A stretch of DNA of 64,000 nt from Candidatus Binatia bacterium (GCA_963666315.2 CAXXHG010000043.1:64001-128000), one strand, 5' to 3'; positions 40,161 to 50,231 are shown, counted from the first letter of the stretch. Translations and numbers: made by a program. Notes: generated by a model from the sequence alone, not told the origin.

Positions 40161-41264
40161 CTACCTTTCCCTATGATCCCGTTCTTGGCCCGGCTCTTTG
40201 GGATGTGCGTACGGGTGAGGCCGATCCATCTGAACGTCAAAAGGAATCTGTGCTAGACGCTGCATACTGTCTTTATACGCGGCAACGAGGCGGTCTTCAG
40301 CCTCATAGTTGAAAGGGTCTTGGAGGCGTTTTTCAATTTCTCCACCGCGCTCTGGCTGATTTTCCAAATACCACTGCACCGTCTTCTGTATAGCATCTTC
40401 AACCGGGTAGAGGTCAGTATAGCCGAGTTGGGTTTTGATTTTTGTCAGATCAACAACGCGGTGATGCGCTGTCTCTTGCATGGTGTAAGGTCGCGCCGGA
40501 CGGGCCAGATCGTTGGGCATACTCACCACTTCCAACTCGTAGCTCATCACCTTGGCGATGACTTCAATGACCTGATGTATCGTGAGCTGCGTTTCATCAC
40601 CGCAGTTATACAATTGCCCGGCTGATGCCTTGGGCTTATCGATCGCAAGCAGAACCGCATAGGCCAAATTGGCCGCATAGCCATGCGTGAAAAGCGTCAG
40701 ACCACCGTCGGCAACAATCATATATGGGCGTTTATCCAGAATACGACGCATCACGCTCCACTCTCGCGGGACGAGTTGGTAGGGGCCGTACACATACGGA
40801 TAGCGGAAGTAGGCGGCTGTGGGGTGATATTCCAACACGGCTTGTTCGGTTTGGGCGATCAGATAGGCAAAACGCAGCTCTTCTTCACTCTCGACAACGG
40901 GCGCATCCTCGGAAACCGCTAACTTGAGCCCGACCGGAAATAGAACGTGCGGGTTCATATAGCCCCGATAGCTGGCGACTCCACCCACGCCAACAAAGCG
41001 GCCGATTTTCCCAACCAACGCTTCGGCCACAAAACGAATACGACCATAGGTCACGACCGCAAGATCAAACGTCCGTCCGGACAGCGCCGCGTCTATGGTT
41101 TCTCGAAAATGCGGATCGCCGTGAATATGCTCCACTTCAGGTGGGATCTCAGGAATCTCGTGCGTTCCGCGGTGAAAGATGGTGACGTTGTAACCACGCT
41201 CAATCAACCCATTCACAATAAACGGCCCGGTCGGCCCGGTTCCCCCAACGACAAGTGCCTGCAT
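40161..41264 (-). CDS. NAD-dependent epimerase/dehydratase family protein
   Basis: LVVGGTGPTG Rossmann motif, R.PYVYGP. Confidence 0.82.
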   Translation of the reverse strand: MQALVVGGTGPTGPFIVNGLIERGYNVTIFHRGTHEIPEIPPEVEHIHGDPHFRETIDAALSGRTFDLAVVTYGRIRFVAEALVGKIGRFVGVGGVASYRGYMNPHVLFPVGLKLAVSEDAPVVESEEELRFAYLIAQTEQAVLEYHPTAAYFRYPYVYGPYQLVPREWSVMRRILDKRPYMIVADGGLTLFTHGYAANLAYAVLLAIDKPKASAGQLYNCGDETQLTIHQVIEVIAKVMSYELEVVSMPNDLARPARPYTMQETAHHRVVDLTKIKTQLGYTDLYPVEDAIQKTVQWYLENQPERGGEIEKRLQDPFNYEAEDRLVAAYKDSMQRLAQIPFDVQMDRPHPYAHPKEPGQERDHRER

Positions 41265-41284
41265 GCTTCTCCTTTGTGTTTTCT

Positions 41285-43038
41285 CTAGCTTGGAATCACT
41301 GGAAGTGTGATATGCGATGGATAGTCGTTATCATGAAAAATCGTCTGCTGCGCAGTGCGCAGCTCGCTGTCCACACCAAAGTCATGGCCGGTGTTCGGGT
41401 TGCGATCATAACGCGGGAAGTTGCTGGACGAGACCTCCAGGCGCAGCTTATGACCGGTTTTGAACACGTGGCTCGTAGCCCACAGGTCGATCCTGTAGCC
41501 ATGCACTTCCCCAGGGGTAATGAGAGTCGGATTTGACAGCGACTCCCGAAAGCGAGCACGGATCACACCTTCTGCAATATTCTGCGCGTACCCATCTGGA
41601 CGAACGTCAACAAGCTTGGCGGTGAAGTCTGTATCCGGGGCTGAGGACGCAGCATACAGCCTCAGTGAGATCGGCCCGGTGACTTCCATGTCTGCACTCA
41701 GCAGGTCGCCGGTGTACACGAGCACATCTTCTCTGACTTCGACCTTATTTTGGTCGAGCACGCCCATGGCCATGCCCAGCGTTGTCCCGCCACGGGTCGG
41801 CACGGGATCTTTGGGATCGTAGACATAGCTGTCCTGCTGCTCTTCGGCATTCGGTGCGATCAACGACAGCGAGCCATCGCCGTTCAGACTATTCGCCTTA
41901 CCGCCACTGTGCAGATAAACGTCCGTGTACTGCGTCCGCGCCAGCGGCCATTCGTTCTCATCACGCCAGCGGTTGTCACCCATGACAAACAGCCGGATGG
42001 GTGGTTCATCAAGGACGCCAGTGTCTTGGCCTTTCAGAAAATAGTCGAACCAGCGTAGTTGGATATCGTGCCAGTTCAATCATTGCTTCAGGACCAAAAT
42101 CGATATCGCCGGTTCCCCCTGAGGTCGGTATGGAATACGGCAGGAGATGCCCCCACGGCCCCATGAGCAGCTTCTGACCTTGGCGTGCGTGTGCCGTCAT
42201 CGCCCGTTCACGTAGGCCGCTGAAGAGCGTCAGCGTGTCGTACTGAAATACGTCATACCACGAGCCCACGTGGAGCATGGGCACGTTGATATTACTCAGC
42301 TGACGGCGCAGATCTGTAGCCTGCCAGTACGGACCATCGGTCGGATGTTTCAAGAAATCGGCAAAATAGGGTGCTGCCTCTTTAAGCCGATCTCCCCAGT
42401 CGGAGAGAGGCAGATGTCGGTAGACCTCTTTTTTAAGCGGTGAGAGGGGGAGTTCCGGATGCGACAGATAGCTATCAAGAATTTCCTGCTGTTGTTCGAG
42501 ACCTTTTCGGTCGAGCGTATTGCGAGCCATGAAAGTAAAATACGCCAGCATCCAGCCCAGCTCGAACACGCCACGCCGATAGGTACAATTCTCAAAATAG
42601 GTCACCGGACCGGACACCGGGCTCATCGCGCGCAGATGAGGCGGGCGTTTCTTGAGCGGCAAGGTACTGAACCAGGCCGAGATAGGATTGGCCCACCGTT
42701 GCCACGTTGCCATCAGACCAGGGCAGGCCGGCGGCCCATTCAATGCTGTCATAACCATCTCGGGCCTCATAGATAAACGGATAGAACTCTCCCTCTGAGC
42801 GAAACCGGCCACGCGTGTCTTGCACCACAACGACATAGCCGTGCTGCGGGAAATAGTCCTTCTCGGTGAGCGCCATGTCGCCACTTTTGTCATACGGCGT
42901 ACGCACGACGAGCACGGGAAAGCGGCCGTCAGCGTCAGGCCGGTATACATCGGCGTATAATGTCACGCCGTCACGCGTCGACATTGGGACATCCTTTTCG
43001 ACCACTACGGTATGACTGCCGGCATTCCCCTGATCCAT
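41285..43038 (-). pseudogene. CocE/NonD family alpha/beta hydrolase split by two +1 frameshifts (~42649, ~42071)
   Basis: RDGVTLYADVYRP, RTPY, QDTRGR..SEG, GQSYLG nucleophile, GSWYD, GPWGH, SSSNFPRYDRNPNTG across three frames. Confidence 0.85.
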
Positions 43039-43215
43039 GTTTCAGCCCTCTTGAAGATTCCGCCAAGAACAGAGCATCATTCGTATTCATCTGAGCGTTT
43101 TAGCGCAGACCCAGCTTCTTCTGCTCGCTCGTATTCCTAGTTGATACGCTCTCAGTGCTGCGGGTGGACATCCGGCCCTAGGGGCCGCTCTTCACCCTGA
43201 AACCACCCTTTCACG

Positions 43216-43452
43216 CTACGGGTCATTTTGGAGTACAACGATTCTTGCCGGCTTTTCTTCTTTTTTTTTTGTTTTACGAGCCGGTTGCCAGCCAAACTCG
43301 CGTTTCACCTCGTCCCACACACCTTCATCCTGTTGCACCAGATGCGGACGATACACCAGACGTTCGGTTTGCGAGACACACCCGCTTTCAATCAGACCGC
43401 AGAGGCCGATACTCAGCAACAAAAAAAATAGAGACGCTTTCCACGTTTTCAT
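43216..43452 (-). CDS. Small hypothetical lipoprotein (3' end possibly frameshifted near an A10 run)
   Basis: MKTWK, hydrophobic stretch, SG-C lipobox-like site. Confidence 0.45.
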   Translation of the reverse strand: MKTWKASLFFLLLSIGLCGLIESGCVSQTERLVYRPHLVQQDEGVWDEVKREFGWQPARKTKKKEEKPARIVVLQNDP

Positions 43453-43755
43453 TGTCCAAGACTAAAACTCAACAGCATTCGGGCGACTACCCTACCACAT
43501 GCAGTACTATTGGAAAAAGTCTCAGCAATATCAATCTGCTCAATCTGCCTCGTAAATCGGGCAGCAGCGCCACCTGCAGGACGCACTTACCTGGCCCGAA
43601 TCTCAACCCCGTCGCCAAACACCTCATACTGCTGTATTACTTTAAGACATGCCACAGCCATGACTATGTTACTTTTTATGGCATTTTAAGCTTTCGGTCT
43701 GCCTCAGACTTCTCTATCCGCTGGAAAATATTCGCATTTCTGCCCGATCCGCTAG

Positions 43756-43771
43756 TGGCACACTTTCTGCT
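43756..43771 (+). promoter_or_regulatory. sigma54 (-24/-12) promoter
   Basis: TGGCACACTTTCTGCT = GG-N10-GC, ~70 nt upstream of ATG 43843, preceded by ~300 bp of non-coding DNA. Confidence 0.7.
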
Positions 43772-43842
43772 CTTAGTGGGGGCTCTAGGAAGGCTAAGAA
43801 GACAAGACCATTGTCCTCCTTAATAGTATAGAAGGGAAAAAC

Positions 43843-44280
43843 ATGGCCACAGAAGACCAATTTGCCTCAGCACTTCAAGCAGACATCATGGTGCCCTCGC
43901 AGTATTTTGATCGGGTTCGGTCTGAAGACTCATCCCAACCCGAAAAGCGCCTCATGCTCGCGGTCATGGAAAACGCGATTGGTACCTTCCAGAAGTCGAT
44001 TTACTCCGGAACTCGTCGCCAACGACGCTTACTCAAAGAGACTGAGGAGTGGATCCATTCCCTCGATACAAGCTGGCCATTCTCGTTTGAGAATATCTGT
44101 GATTCGCTCGGTATTGAAGCAGCGTATTTGAGAAATGGGCTGACGCAGTGGAAAGGCACTCAGCTTGAACACTATGCGGTTCAAGGCGAACCTGTCCCTC
44201 GTTCACCACTGCGGCGCATGAGTAGCCGCCGGCATACCCTGTCAAACTATTCCTCAGCCCCACGCGCAAAGGCTGCCTAG
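43843..44280 (+). CDS. Conserved hypothetical protein (PEKRLMLAV...EEWI...WPFSFENIC..LG family)
   Basis: RBS GAAGGG; motif pattern recalled from uncharacterised deltaproteobacteria-like proteins. Confidence 0.7.
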   Translation: MATEDQFASALQADIMVPSQYFDRVRSEDSSQPEKRLMLAVMENAIGTFQKSIYSGTRRQRRLLKETEEWIHSLDTSWPFSFENICDSLGIEAAYLRNGLTQWKGTQLEHYAVQGEPVPRSPLRRMSSRRHTLSNYSSAPRAKAA

Positions 44281-44295
44281 AGACCGGCTTCACCG

Positions 44296-45057
44296 TTACG
44301 CCGCAGGCGCCAGTTCCTGTCGGAATGACGCAGACTGTTCGATGGCGTAATCGTACTGCTCGTGCGTCAACCGGCCACGCAGTAATTCCACCCGCAGAAA
44401 AAGGAAATAGGTTTGGATGACATCATTGCGGCAATAGCGATGAATGTCGTTCAAACGTCCGTCTTGCCACAACTCCTGGACCATGGAGCCGTCAATGTCG
44501 GTTTTCCCCGGCAGACCGATCATCTTGGCCAACACGTTGAATCCACCCCGCAGCCGGTGCACGCCGTAGTTCGTCAAAAAATCGTACAGATCGTAGTGGC
44601 CTTCATCAGAAAAGCGATAACGCGATTTCCCACTAAAATAGCGTGGCAGACGGCATCCGTACTTGAGTGCATGGAGTTCAAGAACAGGCAGATCAAAGCC
44701 TCGCCCATTAAAACTGACTAAGGTACCGGGAAATTTTTCGAGCCGTTGCCAGAAGGTTCGAATTAAAGCTTCTTCGGCTTCCTCTTCGTTCTGGTTTGAT
44801 ACACTCGCCTCACCAGCATTGACCGTCTCCACCCCGGCCAGCACGTGCTCATCGTTGACCTGACCGACAGCGATAGAAATGGGGACGTGAAAAGAGAGCG
44901 GGAAAAAATCGTTCCCCTGCTCTTCGCGAAGACGCTGCTGTATCTGGCTATAGGCATCCTCGTCCGAGATTTCGTCTTTTTCCGCATGTGGGAAATAGAC
45001 AGCCCGAACGAGGCTTTTCTCTATGCGTGTTTCAATGTCGAAGATGGTGTAGCGCAT
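44296..45057 (-). CDS. 3'-5' exonuclease, PolB-exonuclease-like (DEDDy)
   Basis: FDIET, SFNGRGFDLPVL, H.DL.D, YC.NDV. Confidence 0.88.
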   Translation of the reverse strand: MRYTIFDIETRIEKSLVRAVYFPHAEKDEISDEDAYSQIQQRLREEQGNDFFPLSFHVPISIAVGQVNDEHVLAGVETVNAGEASVSNQNEEEAEEALIRTFWQRLEKFPGTLVSFNGRGFDLPVLELHALKYGCRLPRYFSGKSRYRFSDEGHYDLYDFLTNYGVHRLRGGFNVLAKMIGLPGKTDIDGSMVQELWQDGRLNDIHRYCRNDVIQTYFLFLRVELLRGRLTHEQYDYAIEQSASFRQELAPAA

Positions 45058-45132
45058 ACAATCAGAAAGAGTTGAAGCCGAAACGCGGCACAGAGCATAT
45101 CTCTTGCCACCATCTATCGTCCAATATTTGTC

Positions 45133-45477
45133 CTAGACCACAAATCGAATCGTGCCGTCGTCTTCGAGGCGCCGTACCTCGCCGTTATACATGAACAGGT
45201 GTAAATGCGCGAAGGTCTCAAACGTTGCCGCAAAAATATGAAAAATCGGCAGCTCTGACTTCAGATCGAAGACCTGAGAAGCAACTTCATAGGCGGACTG
45301 CGCTTTGGCGTGCACAATGTCGCGCATCTCTTCCAGGCGATACTTGTGATGCTGGATGATCTGCTTAGCCCGGTAACGGTGATCTTTAAACACGCCGCCA
45401 TGCGCCACGGCAAGAGAAACCGCCTCTTCTATACTTGTTGAAGACAAACCGGTGAGTTCTATCGTTTTTTCGACCAT
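45133..45477 (-). pseudogene. In-frame chimera of a dodecin N-terminus and an MBL-hydrolase C-terminal domain
   Basis: AGGAGG plus MVEKTIELTGLSSTSIEEAVSLAVA (dodecin-like) joined to HGGVF.DH..R..QI..HH..RL...AYEVA...ETFAHL. Confidence 0.6.
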
Positions 45478-45508
45478 ACGGCCTCCTGCTGTTGCTCTGG
45501 CGGAGGCA

Positions 45509-45962
45509 CTAGCGCTCGGCTGAAGAGTGTGACGAGCGGGCACCACCGCACGCGGGTGCGTGAACCGACGCGGAATATGGACCCGGTGCAATGAAGGTAT
45601 GTTTTAGGTCGTACATCCGCAAGTCCTGCTCTACAAAATCACACGACGTGATGAGGGTGAGACTCCAAATCCCAAATTGGAACAGTAGAAAAAGAGACGA
45701 CACCGAGACCAGAAGCAAACTGGACATGTACCGGCGTTATAAAATTGTAAAACACAAAAAATAGAAGGGCCCGAATCCCAGCACGGAAGTCAGCGACGAC
45801 CTCACCCAAACATACGCCACCCGGCTGATGCCGATCCGGGTCATGTCCCCGCTGCTTACACAGTACGCGCGCGACTTTCTGGACCAGCTCATCTCTTAGC
45901 GCGGGCAGTGCATCGACCGCTGTTCGCACCTGCCCGCACCCATTCGTCAGGTCATCCATCAT
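45509..45962 (-). CDS. Hypothetical protein, possibly frameshifted (ORFs 45639-45962 and 45509-45727)
   Basis: AGGAG RBS before ATG 45962; no recognisable domain. Confidence 0.3.
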
Positions 45963-46046
45963 GAGTAGCTCCTAAAGCTTTGTAGCCGCGTGATAACATG
46001 AGAAAAACAAAAAACGATCCCAACGGAGAAATCCACCATCGCCGTC

Positions 46047-46991
46047 TCACTGCTGTGGCAGATGCTCGAACAGCTTCCCGAGGTCGTCCGGGAGGCGATG
46101 GGTGAAGCGGCAATGGAGATGGACCTTTCCGTCAAAACGGCGGGACACTATCAGGGCCGATAATATGTTGAGGCAGGTGGTCTGCCGGAACGTTTCCGCC
46201 GGAGGCAAATCCAACTTAATGTGGAGAAGCCGCTTGTCACTTGAATCGGGCAGAGGCTCATCCAGGATGAGTTGTGTGCCGCCTAGCGAAAGGTCATGCA
46301 CGATAGCCGGTGTCGCGGTTTCAGCCTGCACATACTCGGAAGGGCGATAGAGACTATCTCCTTGCGGGTCAGATAGCACATCTTCAATCCGAGTGATTTG
46401 GTTGTATCCGTTGCTAGAGGTAAGGGATGTGATCTCTCGTACCGGTTTGAGTTCTTCCGCAAGCAGCTCGAGGTTTCTTGTGGGAGAGAGTGTATGGACG
46501 ATTCCGGGCTCAGCGAGTTTCACTACGGAGCGGAAATCGTGGCGAGGGCTTCCGTACCTGATATGGACGCCGCGGGCATCTACCTTCAAGACCCTTCCCT
46601 GGAGGGTATATTTTCGGTCATCATCTCCCATAAATACAGCGATAGTGGACTGATCGCGCTTCCGGTCGAGCCTTATCGTACCTGCTGTATACTTCATTCG
46701 TACAACAAGATGCGCTTCGGTGAAGGATAACAGAGTAGCCGGATACACGTGCTTGTCCTGAGTGAGAAGCATAAGCTCCCGTGTACCGGCGCTATAGGAG
46801 TTGAGGAGGGCATCAGGAAGGCGCCGCGGGTTGTCTATCTCAACCGTATTCGAATCGAAGAGACATTCGAGACTCGCCGCCAGCGCGACATTCTCCGGAA
46901 GAGTTTCGGATTGGTCCGACTGTTTCTTTGGTATGTTCCCGTCACTGGCCACGAGAAACGCGTTCCCCAGCGTTGAGGTATCGAGTGCCAT
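46047..46991 (-). CDS. PilZ-domain (YcgR/flagellar-brake-like) protein
   Basis: RHDFR (RxxxR) and DLSLGG (DxSxxG) c-di-GMP motifs, separated by a long insertion. Confidence 0.55.
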   Translation of the reverse strand: MALDTSTLGNAFLVASDGNIPKKQSDQSETLPENVALAASLECLFDSNTVEIDNPRRLPDALLNSYSAGTRELMLLTQDKHVYPATLLSFTEAHLVVRMKYTAGTIRLDRKRDQSTIAVFMGDDDRKYTLQGRVLKVDARGVHIRYGSPRHDFRSVVKLAEPGIVHTLSPTRNLELLAEELKPVREITSLTSSNGYNQITRIEDVLSDPQGDSLYRPSEYVQAETATPAIVHDLSLGGTQLILDEPLPDSSDKRLLHIKLDLPPAETFRQTTCLNILSALIVSRRFDGKVHLHCRFTHRLPDDLGKLFEHLPQQ

Positions 46992-47058
46992 AGTGTCTCC
47001 CAGTCACCGAGCTCGGCAGTACAACATCACCTAGTTGAAGCTCCGCTTGGCAAACTAG

Positions 47059-47319
47059 TCACAGCCGTTTCGACACGAGCTGCCCCGTAACGTATTGGTT
47101 GTCGTAGAGAAAATATTCCACCTCCGCCATAGGGACACAGCGGATAAGCACGCCAGTCTCACGCTCCGGGACCCTGATCACGATCTCGCCCGACTTCTCA
47201 TCAAGCGCGAACCGAAGTGACTGTCCTATCGGGGACCGCTGCACCGGGTCTTTCGGGTTCGCCTGGAGCGGTGTTGCGGCTGGTGTATAAGTGAGGTTGA
47301 GAGCCCGGATAATTGCCAT
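47059..47319 (-). CDS. flaG: FlaG family flagellar protein
   Basis: LRF..DE.SG..VI.V...ETG..IR..P. Confidence 0.7.
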   Translation of the reverse strand: MAIIRALNLTYTPAATPLQANPKDPVQRSPIGQSLRFALDEKSGEIVIRVPERETGVLIRCVPMAEVEYFLYDNQYVTGQLVSKRL

Positions 47320-47464
47320 AGTGGCTAACTAATCGGGCGCTCGACTACGGACGTGTAGGTTGCAAAATTTCTTACTCACTCCCAGTTGTCGGCTGATGCG
47401 CTGCGACAGGCCATCGAGTTGACTATGACTGCGCGCCAATGCTCCCTGCAAACTTATACACAAA

Positions 47465-47917
47465 TTGTTCAACCGTCATACCAATCGTTCTCTTTCATTT
47501 ATACTCTTATCTAGCCATTTTATACTACAATTTCAATTAGACGTGGCCATTCCAGGTCTAGCCGATTTGCTAGTGCAGCAGTTCCTGGTCACTGGCGTGC
47601 GCGAGATGCAAAGGCTGGAAGCAACCTTTCAGCGTATGAGCCGCGTCCTAGAAGGCCAGCGCTTTTCGCCCGTGCCGGTGGTATTCACCGATGGCCGGAG
47701 TGAGCAAACTGAGCAGACTGAGTACGACCTCAGTCACAGAGAATCACAGGTCTTGGTCGGGCTGCTCGCCGGCCAACGTGTGGCGAACATTGCCGCCGTC
47801 ATGGAGATCAGCCCCAACACGGTGCGTAATCATTTGAAAGCAATCTTTGTGAAGGTCGGCGTCCATTCTCAAATTGAGCTGCTCCAACGCGTCCGGTCCT
47901 GGGCTTGGGTGGAGTAG
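47465..47917 (+). CDS. LuxR-type HTH transcriptional regulator (start uncertain, possibly 47606)
   Basis: LSHRESQVL..L..G...ANIA....ISPNTVRNHLKAIF.K.GV.SQ.EL. Confidence 0.8.
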   Translation: MFNRHTNRSLSFILLSSHFILQFQLDVAIPGLADLLVQQFLVTGVREMQRLEATFQRMSRVLEGQRFSPVPVVFTDGRSEQTEQTEYDLSHRESQVLVGLLAGQRVANIAAVMEISPNTVRNHLKAIFVKVGVHSQIELLQRVRSWAWVE

Positions 47918-48103
47918 GTATGCTGACACGTGACCGCTTCAGGGCATGTCCTAGCTGATTTCGGCCAAACTGCGTTGGCGGTTCGCCGATATGAATTTCA
48001 GATGGCGGTAGAGCATACCATCGCTCCTATCCTCTTTCTCAGACACGTCGGACAAGTTTCAGCAGTCCCCCTAAGCGTCCGGGAAACCACCGATAATACG
48101 TCA

Positions 48104-48730
48104 CTAGTGGGATGATAAAGCGGAATGTGAGTGAGGGTACTGGGCGGCAGGACCCGGTCTATACAGCCGAACCTGCAATGTTTCTTTGAACCGGACCAGT
48201 AAGTCCCGAGCGTTTATTTTACTCCGCTGATCAACAAGCCGTTGGATCAGCAAGCCATTCAGGGTTGCCATAATCAAGGCCGCATCCTCAGCAGGCTGGA
48301 TAGACGGATCAAAAAGTCCGGCTTTTAGACCCTGATCAAGAATAGAGGCCAGGAGTTGTTGATAGACCTGGTAGAGGGCGCTGACATGATCAACCACTTC
48401 TTTGGCATTCTCTTCCTCTCGGACGACTTGTCCAAGAACAAACTTCACGGAAGACAGGTGCTGTGCGATGAACTCGTAATAATCGTCAATCAGCTTCTCA
48501 AACTGTTCGCGTTCATTGAGTCCCTGCAATCTTGTAGCGTCAATGGAATACGGTGAGAGGAAGTTTTGTAGAGCGGTCCGAAAAAGATCATCTTTTGTAC
48601 CAAAATGCCACAGGATGAGTGCTTTACTGACCTCTGCCGCCTGTGCAACCTGGGCTAAGGAGGTATCCGTATACCCGTATGTCGCGAACAGTTTCCCAGC
48701 AACGTCGAGAATTTTTTCACGCGTGGTCAC
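48104..48730 (-). CDS. TetR/AcrR family transcriptional regulator
   Basis: TREKILDVA..LF...GY..TSL..VA..A.VSK..I..HF..KDDL. Confidence 0.9.
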   Translation of the reverse strand: MTTREKILDVAGKLFATYGYTDTSLAQVAQAAEVSKALILWHFGTKDDLFRTALQNFLSPYSIDATRLQGLNEREQFEKLIDDYYEFIAQHLSSVKFVLGQVVREEENAKEVVDHVSALYQVYQQLLASILDQGLKAGLFDPSIQPAEDAALIMATLNGLLIQRLVDQRSKINARDLLVRFKETLQVRLYRPGPAAQYPHSHSALSSH

Positions 48731-48813
48731 ACGTGCACGGTAAGTAAAAAATCACTAGCTGTCAACGCAACAGCCGATGAATACAAACAGGCACGACCAT
48801 GTGACATGCAGGA

Positions 48814-49731
48814 TCATGTGACATGTTTATTAAAGCGTTCATTCACCTCTCGATGAATAGAGAAAATCGCTCTTCCGACCTGATCGGCCGTCCACGTAAT
48901 ACGCGGGAAGTCCGGATAGGTTATATACCCTCCCGAGAAGACCTCATTCCGGTTACCGTTAGGCCCCAGGAAATAAATCGTCGTACCACGTGTGATGCCG
49001 TGCCGCGCCGGACCAAAATCGATCTGCACATTATTGCGACCCAGGATATCACCCGCCCGCAGGATATCGTTCCAACTGTCCAGCCAGAAAGCAAAATGAT
49101 GCAGCTTGCCGTTCGGTCCTTTGACAAAGGCAATATCGTGCGCCTTGTTGGAACAAAAGAGAAACGCAGCCAAGAGTTCCTCATTATCGAGAGCGGGGAT
49201 AATGCGCTCGCTCATCCGAAAGCCTAGGACGCGGGTGAAAAAATCCACATTGGTCTGCACATCCTCAGCCGTCACTAAGAGATGATCAAGCCGGTCCGGA
49301 CCGATCCCACCGGACGGACGGTCGCTCGGCCATGGATCGGGATTCAGTACCCCAACTTGTGTTCCGCTCTGCTCCGCCTCAGCGTACAATTCCAATACAT
49401 GTTCAGACGGCAGCGTGCAGCGGATGGCCTGCCCAATGCCCAGATTCTCGCCCGCTGAGACTCGGGTTACGGGCAGTCCAAAGTTCTCAATAGCTTTTTC
49501 TATGTGGGCCAGTTCGTCCTGGCTTGCGACCTTATAGCCCATCTTCACCAGACCCAGTCCGCCATTTTCGACCACAAGACTATGATGGTCATACTCATCC
49601 CAGCATTTGAAGTAGTATTTGCCATCTTGGTGAGCCACCTCCTCGAGTCCGAGCACATTGGTGTAGTAGTCAATTGCCTTATCCAGATCCGACTCGCGGG
49701 TGTGTACATAACCAAGCCGCATTACACTCAT
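48814..49731 (-). CDS. Catechol 2,3-dioxygenase (XylE-type extradiol dioxygenase)
   Basis: Y.KCWDEYDHHSL, RLDHLL, KAHDIAF, KLHHFAF, GPARHGITRGTTIYF..P.GNRNEVF; ATG 49731 with GGAGG. Confidence 0.93.
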   Translation of the reverse strand: MSVMRLGYVHTRESDLDKAIDYYTNVLGLEEVAHQDGKYYFKCWDEYDHHSLVVENGGLGLVKMGYKVASQDELAHIEKAIENFGLPVTRVSAGENLGIGQAIRCTLPSEHVLELYAEAEQSGTQVGVLNPDPWPSDRPSGGIGPDRLDHLLVTAEDVQTNVDFFTRVLGFRMSERIIPALDNEELLAAFLFCSNKAHDIAFVKGPNGKLHHFAFWLDSWNDILRAGDILGRNNVQIDFGPARHGITRGTTIYFLGPNGNRNEVFSGGYITYPDFPRITWTADQVGRAIFSIHREVNERFNKHVT

Positions 49732-49744
49732 GGTCGTTCCTCCA

Positions 49745-49792
49745 ATCTTGCGATCTTGTGATTTTGTGATCTTGTGATTTTGTGATCTTGTG
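49745..49792. repeat. Six tandem 8-mers (ATCTTGTG/ATTTTGTG)
   Basis: ATCTTGCG ATCTTGTG ATTTTGTG ATCTTGTG ATTTTGTG ATCTTGTG, immediately upstream of the dioxygenase RBS. Confidence 0.9.
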
Positions 49793-49892
49793 TTTGTTTC
49801 AGCTTTATATCCCTCGTTCAGTACTGTCCAGCTCGCAATGCAGTTATTACGGCCCGGTTGTTGCCCGACAGGCGAACCGCTAGGCTGGTCGT

Positions 49893-50231
49893 GTGAAGTG
49901 CTCGTACTGCCGGAAACGCGCCGGTTGGTTACGCAAGACGTGTGTAGACTGTCGCTCATTACTCGATATTTATAACCAGCATCGAGGCCAACTCGCATTG
50001 CTCCAGTTTCTTGATTTGTTTGTTGAAAAAGGCCTGTCCCGCGAGAAGATCGAGGCATTCATGAACGCCGACCCGCATGGCGATGGGAGCATAAAAGATC
50101 AGATTACTGCCGATATGAGCAGTGAACTCCTCGCTGCAATGGGCATCCACGTGAAGCAAACAGCCCAGGATGTGAAGCAACTGCGCAAAAAGGACAACTG
50201 GCAACGGATGGGCGAGCGGACAGAGGAATAG
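49893..50231 (+). CDS. Hypothetical protein with N-terminal CxxC-x10-CxxC zinc finger
   Basis: CSYCRKRAGWLRKTCVDC. Confidence 0.6.
   Translation: MKCSYCRKRAGWLRKTCVDCRSLLDIYNQHRGQLALLQFLDLFVEKGLSREKIEAFMNADPHGDGSIKDQITADMSSELLAAMGIHVKQTAQDVKQLRKKDNWQRMGERTEE

Noticed and set aside
43245-43823. 192-aa plus-strand ORF
   Set aside because: No domain features, overlaps the minus-strand lipoprotein gene and the sigma54 promoter region
48072-48096. Additional sigma28-like motif TAAG-N13-ACCGATAA
   Set aside because: Spacing differs from the other sites and it points antisense into tetR with no downstream gene
49732-50058. 109-aa N-terminal extension of catechol 2,3-dioxygenase in the ORF track
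   Set aside because: Homology starts at MSVMRLG with its own RBS; the extension crosses the 8-mer repeat and overlaps an opposite-strand gene
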